A stretch of DNA of 64,000 nucleotides from an uncultured virus (IMG/VR IMGVR_UViG_3300031687_001200) (IMGVR_UViG_3300031687_001200), one strand, 5' to 3'; numbered from the stretch's first letter, positions 20,011-30,524 are shown. Notes: generated from the letters alone by a model not told the origin. Program-made: numbers and translations.

Positions 20011-20040
20011 CTGCTATACATGAAAGCAGGATAATTTAGT

Positions 20041-23000
20041 ATGGCAATAGGATCAAATGACGGCGTAGAATTTAATTTATCTAACATTCAGGATAATCAA
20101 GTACTTGTCTATGATGCGGCACAAGGTGTTTTCGTTAACGAAACGGCGGCTGTATCGGCAAATGCAAGTATAACTGGACAAGGAAGAAATTTAGGTGCTA
20201 CCGGAGTCGGCACATTCAAACAAAACGATAGTAACTATTTAGAGTTCTATAAGCTAGATGCTGGGCCAAACGTAACTTTATCATTAAATAACAATGTTAT
20301 TACAATTGATAGTAAAGTTGGAACTAGTTCAACTACACTTAGCTCAGGATCAGCAACAAGCATAGTAGTATATGATGCGGCTGGTACTACAGTAACAGGT
20401 ACATCAGCACTAACATTTGATGGTACTACATTAACTCATACTGGTGCATCTCAAAATGTTACCACAGCAAACGGTTTAGTTACAGCAAACGGTTTAGTTA
20501 CAACTAACTTAACAATTGGCACTCAGGTGTTCCCAACAACAGACGGCGGTGCTAACCAAGTACTTGCAACTGATGGATCTGGAGCATTAGCGTGGACTAA
20601 CCAAACTTCAACAGCAGGTTTATTAGCAAGTGCTACATTCAATGCTCACGTGGCGTCAGCAATAACTTCAACGTCAAATCATCAGCCTGCATTAGATGTT
20701 ACTTACAGTTTAGGTAACTCCACAAACAGATATTCACAAGTGTTCTCACAATACTTTAGAGGACAAGCAGACGTTTCTGCAAATGCATTAAACTTAGGAT
20801 CAGTACCTGCGGCAAATTATAGATTAGCGGCAGACAGTTATACTATTGCTCAAGTAGATTCAGCAATAGGCAATGTTTCAGTTCCAAGTATTGCAAACTT
20901 ATTAAGTAACATAACAGTTACTAACAACGCAGTATCGTATGTACATGAAAGCGGTAAGGTTGATCTTAGATCATCAGATAGTAGTATTACAATTGCCCCA
21001 GACACAGCAGGCAAATATGTAGACTTAAAATTTAACGATGTTAAATACCAATTTACAAGATTTAGTGCAGATGGTGATGCAAGTAACTATGTTGTACCTG
21101 AAACAACAACTGACATATTAAACATTGCAGGTGGTACAGGTATTACTGTTGCGGCAAATCCAGGCACAGATACAATTACAATTACTGCAACAGGTGGAGC
21201 TGGTAACCTTACAGGACTAAGCGATGTTAGTACTGCAGGCGTAACATCTGGACAAGTATTAAAATATAATGGTTCCAGTTGGGCTCCGGCGAATGACGCA
21301 GGTGCCGGTGCAGGTATTTCATTAACAGATTTAAGTGTTACTAGTGCAAGTGCTAGTGGCAATGGTAGTTTAAGTTACAACAACGGCACAGGTGTGTTTA
21401 CACATACACCAGCAGATGTTAGTGCTGTTACACAAAGTTTAGCTTGGAACAGTGGTACAAGTACATTAAGTATTAGTTCAGGTAACTCAATTGATTTGAG
21501 TACATTAGTAAACACTGATACACAAGATTTAAGTATTAGCGGTAACGTAATTAGTTTAGTTAGTGGTGGCACAGTAGATATTACTAGTGCTATTGCAAGT
21601 GGTGGTGGAACAACTACTGTTGCAGGACTAACTGATACAGCAATAAGCAGTCCAACATCCGGACAAGTATTAAAGTGGAACGGCACCAAGTGGGCCAATG
21701 CGGCAGATACTGATACTGATACACAAGATTTAACCCTAAGTGGTAATGTAATTACATTAACCGATGGCGGCACAGTTGACTTAACGAGTGCTATAGCAAC
21801 AGGCGGTGGTAACTATAACAACTCTAATGTTGCAACATACTTATCAGGTGCAGGGTTTGCCACACAGTCAACTATAGTAGCGGCAATAACTGATAGTGCT
21901 CCAGGCACATTAGATACACTAAATGAATTGGCGTCGGCACTAGGTGACGATGCAAACTTTAGTACAACAATAACAAATTCAATAGCCACTAAGGCGGCTA
22001 TTAGTTCGCTATCCACAGTAGGAACAAGCGGACTATTTGCAGATTTAACAAGTAGACCAAGTATAGCAGTAAGTGGAAGCAACTTAACATACGATGGTAC
22101 TACACTAGATTTAAGTGGCTTAGGAGCCACAGGTGCTACAGGACCAGCTGGAAGTACAGGAGCCGCAGGCTCAAACGGAACAAACGGAACAGACGGAACA
22201 GACGGCAAATTTATATCAAGTGCCGCTGTAGCAGGTTCTACATTAACACTTACTCATAGTGATTCAAGTACTACAGTAGTTAGTGGTAGTGTTACAGGTG
22301 CTACTGGAGCCGTTGGAAACGGAATTACAACTGTTGCTCTAAGTGGCGACAACTTAGTATTAACTTACTCAAATGCTTCTGTACAAGATATGGGAAGTGT
22401 TAGAGGTGCTACTGGAGCCGCTGGAGCGGCAGGTGCCGCAGGTTCAGACGGAGCCGCAGGCGCAGTAGACCAAACATTAAGTGCTTCAGGTAATGTTATT
22501 ACTATTAGTGGTAACAACGACACAGTAGATTTAACTACTATGTTGGCACCATATACAAAAACAGATACTGATGCACAGACATTATCATTAAGCGGAACAA
22601 ACTTATCAATTACTGGTGGTAACACTATAGACGTAAGTAGCCTAGGCGGTAGTAGTTATACTAACGCATCAGTTGATACGCACCTTAACCAAGCTGGACC
22701 AACAACTGGACATGTTCTTTCTTGGAATGGATCAGACTATGCCTGGGTAGCAAACAGTGGCGGTGGCAGTTATGGAGACTCCGATGTTGATTCTCACATA
22801 CAAGGAACTGGTTCGCAGATCTCATACGCTTCAGGCGTAATTGGTTTAACCGATACAGCCGTTACAGCAGGTATTTACGGAAGCTCAACAAACAGTCCAC
22901 GTATTACAGTTGACCAACAAGGTAGAATAACAAGTGTAACTGAACAAGCAATCTCCGGAGGCGGAGGCGGCAGTGGTACAAGTTACGAATACTTTAAAAT

Positions 23001-23382
23001 ATATTATACATCAGCAGGAGCCATTGATACAACTCAAGGCACTGGCGGTATTAGTGATAAGAGTAGTAAGATGGGAACAGTTACAGTATCTAATGCGGCA
23101 AGTAATGCCTGTGAATTAACATTACATTTTAACAATAACTATAACAGACCTCCATTAGGAATTACTGCTTATGGTTATTCCCAATCAACAAGTGAATATA
23201 ACATAAAAAGCATGATACAAAACTTAGTTAACACCACATTAAAAATGGATGGCTCCGGCACTCCACATGGATCATTAGGATCAAACTTAATTACAATGAG
23301 TTTGACACGTTCTGAAACAGGCTCGAGCAGTGGCTTTGGACAATCCAGTCATGCTTGGATTTACTTTACGATGGGAAGTTAA
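20041..23382 (+). CDS. tail fibre-like protein with collagen-like repeats
   Basis: G/T/S/A-rich; Gly-X-Y runs (GATGATGPAGSTGAAGSNGTNGTDGTDG); APGTLDTLNELASALGDDANF fibre motif; repeated GQVLK(W/Y)NG and QDLxLSGNVI units. Confidence 0.8.
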   Translation: MAIGSNDGVEFNLSNIQDNQVLVYDAAQGVFVNETAAVSANASITGQGRNLGATGVGTFKQNDSNYLEFYKLDAGPNVTLSLNNNVITIDSKVGTSSTTLSSGSATSIVVYDAAGTTVTGTSALTFDGTTLTHTGASQNVTTANGLVTANGLVTTNLTIGTQVFPTTDGGANQVLATDGSGALAWTNQTSTAGLLASATFNAHVASAITSTSNHQPALDVTYSLGNSTNRYSQVFSQYFRGQADVSANALNLGSVPAANYRLAADSYTIAQVDSAIGNVSVPSIANLLSNITVTNNAVSYVHESGKVDLRSSDSSITIAPDTAGKYVDLKFNDVKYQFTRFSADGDASNYVVPETTTDILNIAGGTGITVAANPGTDTITITATGGAGNLTGLSDVSTAGVTSGQVLKYNGSSWAPANDAGAGAGISLTDLSVTSASASGNGSLSYNNGTGVFTHTPADVSAVTQSLAWNSGTSTLSISSGNSIDLSTLVNTDTQDLSISGNVISLVSGGTVDITSAIASGGGTTTVAGLTDTAISSPTSGQVLKWNGTKWANAADTDTDTQDLTLSGNVITLTDGGTVDLTSAIATGGGNYNNSNVATYLSGAGFATQSTIVAAITDSAPGTLDTLNELASALGDDANFSTTITNSIATKAAISSLSTVGTSGLFADLTSRPSIAVSGSNLTYDGTTLDLSGLGATGATGPAGSTGAAGSNGTNGTDGTDGKFISSAAVAGSTLTLTHSDSSTTVVSGSVTGATGAVGNGITTVALSGDNLVLTYSNASVQDMGSVRGATGAAGAAGAAGSDGAAGAVDQTLSASGNVITISGNNDTVDLTTMLAPYTKTDTDAQTLSLSGTNLSITGGNTIDVSSLGGSSYTNASVDTHLNQAGPTTGHVLSWNGSDYAWVANSGGGSYGDSDVDSHIQGTGSQISYASGVIGLTDTAVTAGIYGSSTNSPRITVDQQGRITSVTEQAISGGGGGSGTSYEYFKIYYTSAGAIDTTQGTGGISDKSSKMGTVTVSNAASNACELTLHFNNNYNRPPLGITAYGYSQSTSEYNIKSMIQNLVNTTLKMDGSGTPHGSLGSNLITMSLTRSETGSSSGFGQSSHAWIYFTMGS
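20464..20499 (+). repeat. perfect 18-nt tandem duplication (TANGLV x2)
   Basis: ACAGCAAACGGTTTAGTT repeated twice in frame. Confidence 0.8.
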
Positions 23383-23383
23383 G

Positions 23384-25411
23384 ATGGCAGACGTAATTAA
23401 CAAAAATTCAACTTCAACACTAGATATATACAAACCAGCAAAAGTACTACAACTAAGTGTTACTAGTGCAACTGGTGAAAAGTATTGGCCCCATGATGAT
23501 GGCGCAGGCGATCCGTGGTGGAGTTCAAGTGCAAGTCCTAAGTTTTATCAATATGTATTGGTAATGACTGTTACAGAATATGCACATGGTTCACATAAGA
23601 CTAGAGCACACAAAAAATATAATGGACTTGACGTAGCAGTTGGCGATTGGATTGCTGGCTCACAAGACGGCAAGTGTATGCAGATTATCAGTGTAAGTGC
23701 CAAGACAGCAACTACCGTTACTTGCATTGTAGAAGATGTATTGAGATACAATACATTTAGAAGTTCGGCTGGTAGTCCGATTTTTTCCGTACCAGGTACA
23801 GCATTACTATTTACGCTTAATGAAAACGGTAAGCCTATTATTGACCCGTTGCCTGCCAGTGTTGTTAGTACAGACTTTTATCCAAACGTAACTAGTAGGT
23901 TTGAATACTTTAATCCTGCTGAAAACTTTAGATTGGAAAAGACTGCTCATGGGTTCTCTAGAGGCGATGTAATTGTTGTCACTGAAGCTGGAGCCTATGC
24001 TAAGGCAAATGCGGTTACTATGTCAAGAACGATTGGTGTAGTCAGTGTTGTTGGACCTGGCCCGAATCAATTTGCAGTAATGCCACAAAATAGAATTATA
24101 GATTTCAATCCTGCATTGCCAGGAACAGTTGGTAACTACATATATGCAGACACCGACGGAGACTTAACTACAACCGATACTGGTAAAGTTATATTCTTAA
24201 AACTTAAAAACTCTGTTGCATCAACAGTTACTAGCACAAATGCATCACCCACTGCTACAGTAGGAGATAAAATTGAGATCAACGGAGCCAACGTAACCTT
24301 TACTGGTACAACAGTTGCATCTGTTGTATCTAACATCAACGCAACGGCTAACACTTATGTAATAGCTAGTACCCAGGCAGAGCCTACAACAGTAACTAGT
24401 GATACTAGTACATATAATTACGGATTACTAGGTGGATACATTCCTTTTGCAGGTACAATTAGCACAGGAAGTGGCGACCAAACTATAACTCAAAGCACAG
24501 CAGTACATGGTGCTGGAGTATACGGAGCCGGTATTGCAAGTGCTACTGATATTAAAAACACAATTTCCGCATTAGGCATTGCAAACTTATCTGTTACAGT
24601 ATTAGGTACTGGACAATTAAAATTAAGCGAAGCCAATGGTAATGCTGTTACTATTACTAACACCACTGCAGATGCTAATGGAAATCCATTTGCTGGAGCA
24701 AGTAGTGTTACTGGTTTACCTTTAACTACTAGTGCTACAACAGGAAGTTTTATGCTCTTATCTAGAGCAGACGGTGGACCAATTGATATAGAAAATACTG
24801 TGGGAACTCCTGCAGAAGACTTAGCCATTTATAGTACACACAATGGACAATATCCATTAGGACTATACATTGAGCATGGTGTTAGAAGTGGTGGTATTAC
24901 TATCGTTGCTAACGTGGCGGCTCGTAACTCATTAACACCACAAGGTGGCGACATGGCTTATGTTACTGATGCTGGTGATGGCGAATGGGGTCTGTTTATA
25001 TATGATGGCAGTGCATGGACAGAAGTTGGTAACCAGGATAGTGCGGCAACTGATGCCCAAACTATTAGTTTCAACTATACTGCACCTGGCGGAGGCTTTG
25101 GCGGAGTTGAAACTGTAAACTTAGCAAACATATCTCCTGGTGCTAGAATTGTAGATGTTAGTGTTGAAGTTAATACTGCATTAAGTAATTATACTGGCGC
25201 TACTGAACCTACAGTTGATGTTGGTACAGCAAGTGACTTAGATCAGTTTATGACTGGTGATGAGAGTGACTTATCATTAGCTGGTACATATACTGCTAAT
25301 CCAAACTATTTATACCCTTCAACACAGACAGTTGACCTTAGTCTTAAGGCTAGAATATCCCATAGAACAAGTACTGCAGGCGACTTTGTAGTAACTGTAA
25401 CTTACGTCTAA
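23384..25411 (+). CDS. putative virion structural (tail/baseplate) protein
   Basis: T/G/S-rich; start set at ATG 23384 just after the fibre stop; C-terminus paralogous to 2968..4041. Confidence 0.7.
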   Translation: MADVINKNSTSTLDIYKPAKVLQLSVTSATGEKYWPHDDGAGDPWWSSSASPKFYQYVLVMTVTEYAHGSHKTRAHKKYNGLDVAVGDWIAGSQDGKCMQIISVSAKTATTVTCIVEDVLRYNTFRSSAGSPIFSVPGTALLFTLNENGKPIIDPLPASVVSTDFYPNVTSRFEYFNPAENFRLEKTAHGFSRGDVIVVTEAGAYAKANAVTMSRTIGVVSVVGPGPNQFAVMPQNRIIDFNPALPGTVGNYIYADTDGDLTTTDTGKVIFLKLKNSVASTVTSTNASPTATVGDKIEINGANVTFTGTTVASVVSNINATANTYVIASTQAEPTTVTSDTSTYNYGLLGGYIPFAGTISTGSGDQTITQSTAVHGAGVYGAGIASATDIKNTISALGIANLSVTVLGTGQLKLSEANGNAVTITNTTADANGNPFAGASSVTGLPLTTSATTGSFMLLSRADGGPIDIENTVGTPAEDLAIYSTHNGQYPLGLYIEHGVRSGGITIVANVAARNSLTPQGGDMAYVTDAGDGEWGLFIYDGSAWTEVGNQDSAATDAQTISFNYTAPGGGFGGVETVNLANISPGARIVDVSVEVNTALSNYTGATEPTVDVGTASDLDQFMTGDESDLSLAGTYTANPNYLYPSTQTVDLSLKARISHRTSTAGDFVVTVTYV

Positions 25412-25448
25412 TAATCCTTCCAGTAACTCACTAAAAACTTATTTGAAC

Positions 25449-25456
25449 GATAAATA
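25449..25456 (+). promoter_or_regulatory. T4-late-like promoter
   Basis: GATAAATA ~95 nt upstream of 25551; the leader contains a hairpin GTATTGTAATCA/TGATTACGGTGC. Confidence 0.5.
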
Positions 25457-25550
25457 CAACTAGTATTGTAATCAGAACTATTATGATTACGGTGCGATCT
25501 ATAGATAAAAAATGATTTATTAAACAAGTCATCCTTAAGGAGTAACACAA

Positions 25551-28500
25551 ATGGCGAACATTAAAAACTTTGGTATCAAAGGTGTAGCCGCAGATATTCA
25601 ATTTGGTAAGGGCGGAGGGTTCATGGTATATGACAAATCCAATAACAAATTCCAAGTTAAAGATTCTGGTAGTAGTTTAGAAGATATTGAATTTGCAACC
25701 GTACTGGCGGGTACGTGGGCAGGAACGGCAATATCAGTTGCTAAAGGCGGAACAGGATTAACAACTGTTGCAACTGGCAAAATTCTTTACACTACAGGCA
25801 CCGACACATTTGGTCAAACAGATATATCAGCAACAGGTATTTCACTATTAGGTAGTGCAGATGCGGCGGCTGGTAGAACAGCATTGGGATTAGGCAACGT
25901 AGCAACCCAGGCAAACACAGCAGTAGACATCGACGGTGGTGCTATTGACGGAACAGTAATCGGCGCAAACGCGGCGGCGGCAGGTAGTTTCAGTACTATC
26001 AATGCATCAGGAAATATTACTGGCGCATTAGTTGGCAACGCATCAACAGCCACAACATTAGCAACAGCAAGAACAATTGGTGGAGTATCATTTAATGGTT
26101 CTGCGGCAATCAACTTGCCAGGCGTTAACGCAGTTGGTTCTCAGAATACAACAGGATCAGCGGCATCATTAACAACTGGAAGAACAGTATCCGCAACTGG
26201 CGATATTGCATGGACATCAGCGGCGTTTGATGGTACTGGTGCAGTAACAGGCGCGGCAACTTTAGCAACAGTTAACAGTGACGTAGGAACAGCAGGTAGT
26301 ACTACTTCTATTCCAGTTATCACAGTTAATGCTAAGGGATTAGTAACAGCAGTATCAACGGCTTCAATCGCAACATCATTTAATATTGCGGCTGACACTG
26401 GAACTGCTAACGCATTAGACGGTGGAGAAACACTTTCTATATTAGGTACAACAAACGAAATCGACACAATAGTTACAGCAAATCAAATCCAAGTTGGATT
26501 GGTTGCTAACCCAACTATTGGCGGTAACTTAACTGTTTCTGGAAACTTAACTGTTTCTGGTACTAGAACAGACGTTAACGTAACAAACATGGCTGTAGAA
26601 GATTCACTAGTTGCTTATGCTACTGGTAACTCTTCAGACGCAGTTGATATTGGTTTCTTTGGTAAGTTCAACGACGGATCAAATGATTTAGCAACTGGTT
26701 TATTCAGAGATGCGAACGATGGTAAATACCACTTGTTCACTAGCTCACAGGAAACTATCTCAGGTAACGTAGTAGACAAAGCGGCAACAGGTTATGCTGT
26801 AGCTTCTTTGAAAGCAAATACAGAAGGAACACATACTGGTGCAGTAATTGGTAACGTAACTGGTGATACATCAGGAAGTGCTGGAACTGTAACAAGTATT
26901 GCAAGTCACGTAATTGATTCAGATTCTATGGCAGGTGCTTCGGCAACTAACGTAGCTTCAGCAGAATCAACTAAAGCATACGTCGACGCTACAGTAGGTG
27001 CTATTAGTACAGTACTAAGTGTTGGCGCAGACAGTGGTTCAGATGACGGAGTTACAGTTGGAACAGACACATTAAACTTTAATGGTACAGCAAATGAAAT
27101 TGAAACAACAGTTAGCGACAACGCTATTACTGTTGGATTAGTTAACTCACCAACAGTAAGTGGTACAATGACAGCGGCAACATTCGCTGGTAACTTAACT
27201 GGTGACGTAACTGGTACAGCTTCATTGGCAACATTAGCCGCTGATGCAACAACATTAGCAACCGCAAGAGCAATAGGTGGAGTATCGTTTGACGGTTCTG
27301 CAGATATTAACTTGCCAGGTGTTAATGCCGCAGGTAACCAAGCAACAAGTGGTCAAGCAGGAACAGTAGCAACTATTGCCGCTTTCGTACTTGACGAAGA
27401 TAACTTTGCAACGAACAGTGCAACTTTAGTACCTTCACAACAATCTGTTAAAGCATATACTGATGCGGCTATAGCCACAGCAGTTTCGGCTTCAGACTTA
27501 GACTTCACAGCAGACAGCGGTGGTGCTTTAAGTATAGACTTAGATAGTGAAACATTAACTATTGCAGGTGGTACAGGTCTTTCAACTGCTGGTGCTGGTA
27601 ACGGCGTAACAGTTAGTTTAGACGCTACGGCAGTAACCGCAGGATCATATGGTAGTACAACTGCTATTCCTGTTATTACAGTAGATGCACAAGGTAGATT
27701 GACATCGGCTTCAACAGCCGCTATTAGTACTGCTTGGACACTTACAGGTGATACTGGAACTCAAACTGTTAACGGTGGAGACACAGTTGACATAGCAGGT
27801 GGAACTAATATTACTACAGTAGCTAGTGCAACTGACACATTGACAGTTAATCTAGATTCTAACGTAACTGGTTTAACATCTTTGGGTGCAACAACAGTAA
27901 CAGGTACAACAGTAACAGATGGCACGTTTAGTGTTAATAGTGGTGCTATAACAGGCGCAACTAGTATTGGTGCAGTTGACTTAGTATTATCCGGTAACTT
28001 AACTGTTAACGGTACTACAACAAGTGTTTCATCAACTAACACTACAATCTCAGATACATTGATTGAATTACAATCAGGACTAGCTGGCGGAAACAGTAGT
28101 GATATTGGTATTGTACTAGAACGTGGTAGTACTGGTGATAACGGCTTTATGGGTTGGGACGAGAGCGAAGACAAATTTGCTTTTGCAACAACTACAGCAA
28201 CAGGTACAGCCACTGGCGACTTAACACTTGCAGATGCAGGTATTAAAGTTAGTGACGTATTAGCTTCTGGAACTGTTACATTCGCAAGTTTAAGCGATGG
28301 AGCAATTACAATAGCATCCTTCCAAACTACACTTACAGATAGTGACACTATTGTTCCTACCTCAGGTGCTGTTAAGGATTATGTTGATTCACAAGTAGCC
28401 GCAGTAGATGATACTGTCTTAAGAGCTTCCTTTACAGCTAACTCTTCAGCAAGTTCATTCAACATTGGCGTTATGCCTAACACATCTGGTAGAACTTATA

Positions 28501-28769
28501 CTGGATCAAAACTTACTCTTAAAGTTGCTACTGGTTTTACTGGTAACGGCGTTGATGGTATTGTTGTTAACGACGGAAGTAATGACTTAATGGCAGTGGT
28601 TCAAAATGATCCAACTGTTACTGGTCTTTATGTTGTTGATTTAGGCGCAGAAACTATAGCCGGCGGAGCAACTATTAGTTGTTCATTCAAGCAGTCAGAC
28701 GGAACAACAGCTTCCGTACCAACTGCTGGTGCGGTAACGGCGACTGTTGAATATCAGTTCTTTACATAA
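25551..28769 (+). CDS. long fibre-like virion protein with internal repeats
   Basis: 1072 aa, A/T/G/S-rich; duplicated modules (ATTLATAR.IGGVSF.GSA.INLPGVN; GSTT.IPVITV.A.G; GNLTV.GT); AAGGAG SD. Confidence 0.8.
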   Translation: MANIKNFGIKGVAADIQFGKGGGFMVYDKSNNKFQVKDSGSSLEDIEFATVLAGTWAGTAISVAKGGTGLTTVATGKILYTTGTDTFGQTDISATGISLLGSADAAAGRTALGLGNVATQANTAVDIDGGAIDGTVIGANAAAAGSFSTINASGNITGALVGNASTATTLATARTIGGVSFNGSAAINLPGVNAVGSQNTTGSAASLTTGRTVSATGDIAWTSAAFDGTGAVTGAATLATVNSDVGTAGSTTSIPVITVNAKGLVTAVSTASIATSFNIAADTGTANALDGGETLSILGTTNEIDTIVTANQIQVGLVANPTIGGNLTVSGNLTVSGTRTDVNVTNMAVEDSLVAYATGNSSDAVDIGFFGKFNDGSNDLATGLFRDANDGKYHLFTSSQETISGNVVDKAATGYAVASLKANTEGTHTGAVIGNVTGDTSGSAGTVTSIASHVIDSDSMAGASATNVASAESTKAYVDATVGAISTVLSVGADSGSDDGVTVGTDTLNFNGTANEIETTVSDNAITVGLVNSPTVSGTMTAATFAGNLTGDVTGTASLATLAADATTLATARAIGGVSFDGSADINLPGVNAAGNQATSGQAGTVATIAAFVLDEDNFATNSATLVPSQQSVKAYTDAAIATAVSASDLDFTADSGGALSIDLDSETLTIAGGTGLSTAGAGNGVTVSLDATAVTAGSYGSTTAIPVITVDAQGRLTSASTAAISTAWTLTGDTGTQTVNGGDTVDIAGGTNITTVASATDTLTVNLDSNVTGLTSLGATTVTGTTVTDGTFSVNSGAITGATSIGAVDLVLSGNLTVNGTTTSVSSTNTTISDTLIELQSGLAGGNSSDIGIVLERGSTGDNGFMGWDESEDKFAFATTTATGTATGDLTLADAGIKVSDVLASGTVTFASLSDGAITIASFQTTLTDSDTIVPTSGAVKDYVDSQVAAVDDTVLRASFTANSSASSFNIGVMPNTSGRTYTGSKLTLKVATGFTGNGVDGIVVNDGSNDLMAVVQNDPTVTGLYVVDLGAETIAGGATISCSFKQSDGTTASVPTAGAVTATVEYQFFT

Positions 28770-28792
28770 GAAGTAGATAGAGAAACAAATTA

Positions 28793-28819
28793 AAAGCACA
28801 CTTAGGTGTGCTTTTTTTT
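28793..28819 (+). terminator. intrinsic terminator
   Basis: AAGCACAC-TTAG-GTGTGCTT followed by a T-run. Confidence 0.85.
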
Positions 28820-28828
28820 GGATAAAAC

Positions 28829-28857
28829 TTGACATCAAGCAGAAATAGTCGTATACT
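28829..28857 (+). promoter_or_regulatory. sigma70-like promoter
   Basis: TTGACA-17 nt-TATACT; ATG 28864 six nt downstream. Confidence 0.7.
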
Positions 28858-28863
28858 ATACGC

Positions 28864-29166
28864 ATGACTAAAGACAAAGACGGCGACGGTAACGAGCCAA
28901 TAGACAACGTAGTAAAGTTTCCTTCAAAACCAAAGAAGGCGGACAACGACACTCATTACGAAATTACTATTGAGAGTTTTAGCCCTGAAGAGTTACACAC
29001 CAGAATGTCAGATATCGACGATTCATACGAAGCATGTTTTCACTATGCGAAAGCAATTGAATACACCATGCATAATTTCACCACAGACCTAGACCTAAAC
29101 CAGCTTCAGGCCCTAGAAATCAAGTTAAAAGAGATATTTTTGGAGTTTGCTCCAGAAAAAGGTTGA
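28864..29166 (+). CDS. hypothetical protein
   Basis: 100 aa, with an NVVKFP motif common at the N-termini of phage proteins. Confidence 0.65.
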   Translation: MTKDKDGDGNEPIDNVVKFPSKPKKADNDTHYEITIESFSPEELHTRMSDIDDSYEACFHYAKAIEYTMHNFTTDLDLNQLQALEIKLKEIFLEFAPEKG

Positions 29167-29191
29167 CATTGGTACCGGATTTTAGTATAAT
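29163..29191 (+). promoter_or_regulatory. sigma70-like early promoter
   Basis: TTGACA-17 nt-TATAAT, perfect consensus. Confidence 0.8.
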
Positions 29192-29238
29192 ATATGCATA
29201 GGTTGAGAAAACAAACATACATTTCGTAGGAGTAATAT

Positions 29239-30333
29239 ATGGAAACATTAACAGTAAGACCCAGTCAGACAAAGAACATTGTAAACAGAGCCTTTTTGGC
29301 GAAGAGACCAATATTCATGTGGGGTGCACCAGGAATTGGTAAATCTGAACTAATAGAGGGTATTGTAAAGGACATGCCCGGTAACAATTTAATGATTGAT
29401 ATGCGTCTAGCATTAATGGAGCCAACTGACCTTAGAGGTTATCCGTTCCGTAATGCAGAAACAAATCAAATGGAGTGGGCGCCACCGGCAGACCTTCCTA
29501 GCATGGAGCAGTCAGAACTGTACGACACGATTGTATTGTTCTTAGATGAGTTGAACTCAGCTCCTCCAAGTGTACAAGCGGCGGCATACCAGTTAGTCCT
29601 TAATGGTCGAATTGGTCAGTACGTTATGCCAAGCAATGTAAGAATTGTAGCGGCTGGTAACAGAGAGACTGATAGAGGTGTTACTTATAGAATGCCTAGT
29701 CCGTTAGCAAACAGATTCCGTCATATTAACATGGACATTAACTTCGAAGATTGGAGTGTTTGGGCTGTTAATAATAAGATACACCAAGATGTTGTTGGGT
29801 ACTTAACATACAGTAAAGCAGATTTATTTGACTTTGATCCTAAGACATCAAGTCAGTCATTTGCTACACCACGTAGTTGGTCTTTCGTAAGCGAAATACT
29901 AGAAACTGAAGGGTTTGAGTTCGCTCCTGACTTTGAGCAGAAGGCAGAAATTGCTGGAGCAGTTGGAGAAGGCATGGCTATTAAGTTTTGTGAACATAGA
30001 AAGGTTGCTTCAAAGCTACCTAACCCAGAAGATGTATTAACTGGTAAAGTTAAGACCCTTAAGGTAAAAGAGAAGTCAGCTCAGTACTCATTCGCAATTG
30101 GATTATGCTACGAACTAGCCGCTCTTAATAAAGCGGACGACGAAGCGGCATTTGACAAAGGTGTTGATTACTTCTTTGACTTTATAATGGAGAACTTTGA
30201 ACCTGAGTTGGTTATCTTTAGTGCTAAGAGTGTTCTTAGTGACCACGACATAGATATTAAGCCTAGAAAACTCCAAGGCAAGAAGGAGTTTAAGGAACGG
30301 TACTGGAAGTACTTGTTCCCCGCTACGGTATAG
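29239..30333 (+). CDS. MoxR-like AAA+ ATPase
   Basis: WGAPGIGKS, EPTDLRGYP, LFLDELN, AAGNR, PLANRF, ATPRSW; adjacent to a vWA partner. Confidence 0.88.
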   Translation: METLTVRPSQTKNIVNRAFLAKRPIFMWGAPGIGKSELIEGIVKDMPGNNLMIDMRLALMEPTDLRGYPFRNAETNQMEWAPPADLPSMEQSELYDTIVLFLDELNSAPPSVQAAAYQLVLNGRIGQYVMPSNVRIVAAGNRETDRGVTYRMPSPLANRFRHINMDINFEDWSVWAVNNKIHQDVVGYLTYSKADLFDFDPKTSSQSFATPRSWSFVSEILETEGFEFAPDFEQKAEIAGAVGEGMAIKFCEHRKVASKLPNPEDVLTGKVKTLKVKEKSAQYSFAIGLCYELAALNKADDEAAFDKGVDYFFDFIMENFEPELVIFSAKSVLSDHDIDIKPRKLQGKKEFKERYWKYLFPATV

Positions 30334-30340
30334 GACAAAA

Positions 30341-30422
30341 AAAACTGTTGCTGTATCCTACAACGGTACTTGGTTATACTCGTACCGTACGTTACTCCTA
30401 CAACCTAACAGCAAAAAGTTTT
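30341..30422 (+). ncRNA. candidate structured RNA (moxR 3' UTR / small RNA) with two UCCUACAAC segments
   Basis: Stems AAAACT/AGTTTT, TTGCTGT/ACAGCAA and ACGGTAC/GTACCGT enclose TCCTACAAC twice (30356, 30396). Confidence 0.45.
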
Positions 30423-30450
30423 ACCCTGCTCACAAGGCGGGGTTTTTTTT
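30423..30450 (+). terminator. intrinsic terminator
   Basis: ACCCTGCT-CACAA-GGCGGGGT followed by a T-run. Confidence 0.8.
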
Positions 30451-30460
30451 GATTAAAAGG

Positions 30461-30489
30461 TTGACTATGGGGTACTTTGGTAGTATAAT
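30461..30489 (+). promoter_or_regulatory. sigma70-like early promoter
   Basis: TTGACT-17 nt-TATAAT. Confidence 0.75.
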
Positions 30490-30524
30490 AGTTGTATATT
30501 AAGTAGAAATTGTAGGAGGTTTTT

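Noticed and set aside
20041..28769. Possible diversity-generating retroelement or CRISPR-like repeats in the fibre genes
   Set aside because: Repeats are in-frame protein modules with synonymous divergence; no reverse transcriptase, no adenine-specific TR/VR pair and no repeat-spacer periodicity seen
30334..30460. tRNA or small ORF in the moxR-vWA gap
   Set aside because: No cloverleaf or T-loop; the minus-strand AGGAG is not followed by a start codon; kept only as a structured-RNA candidate
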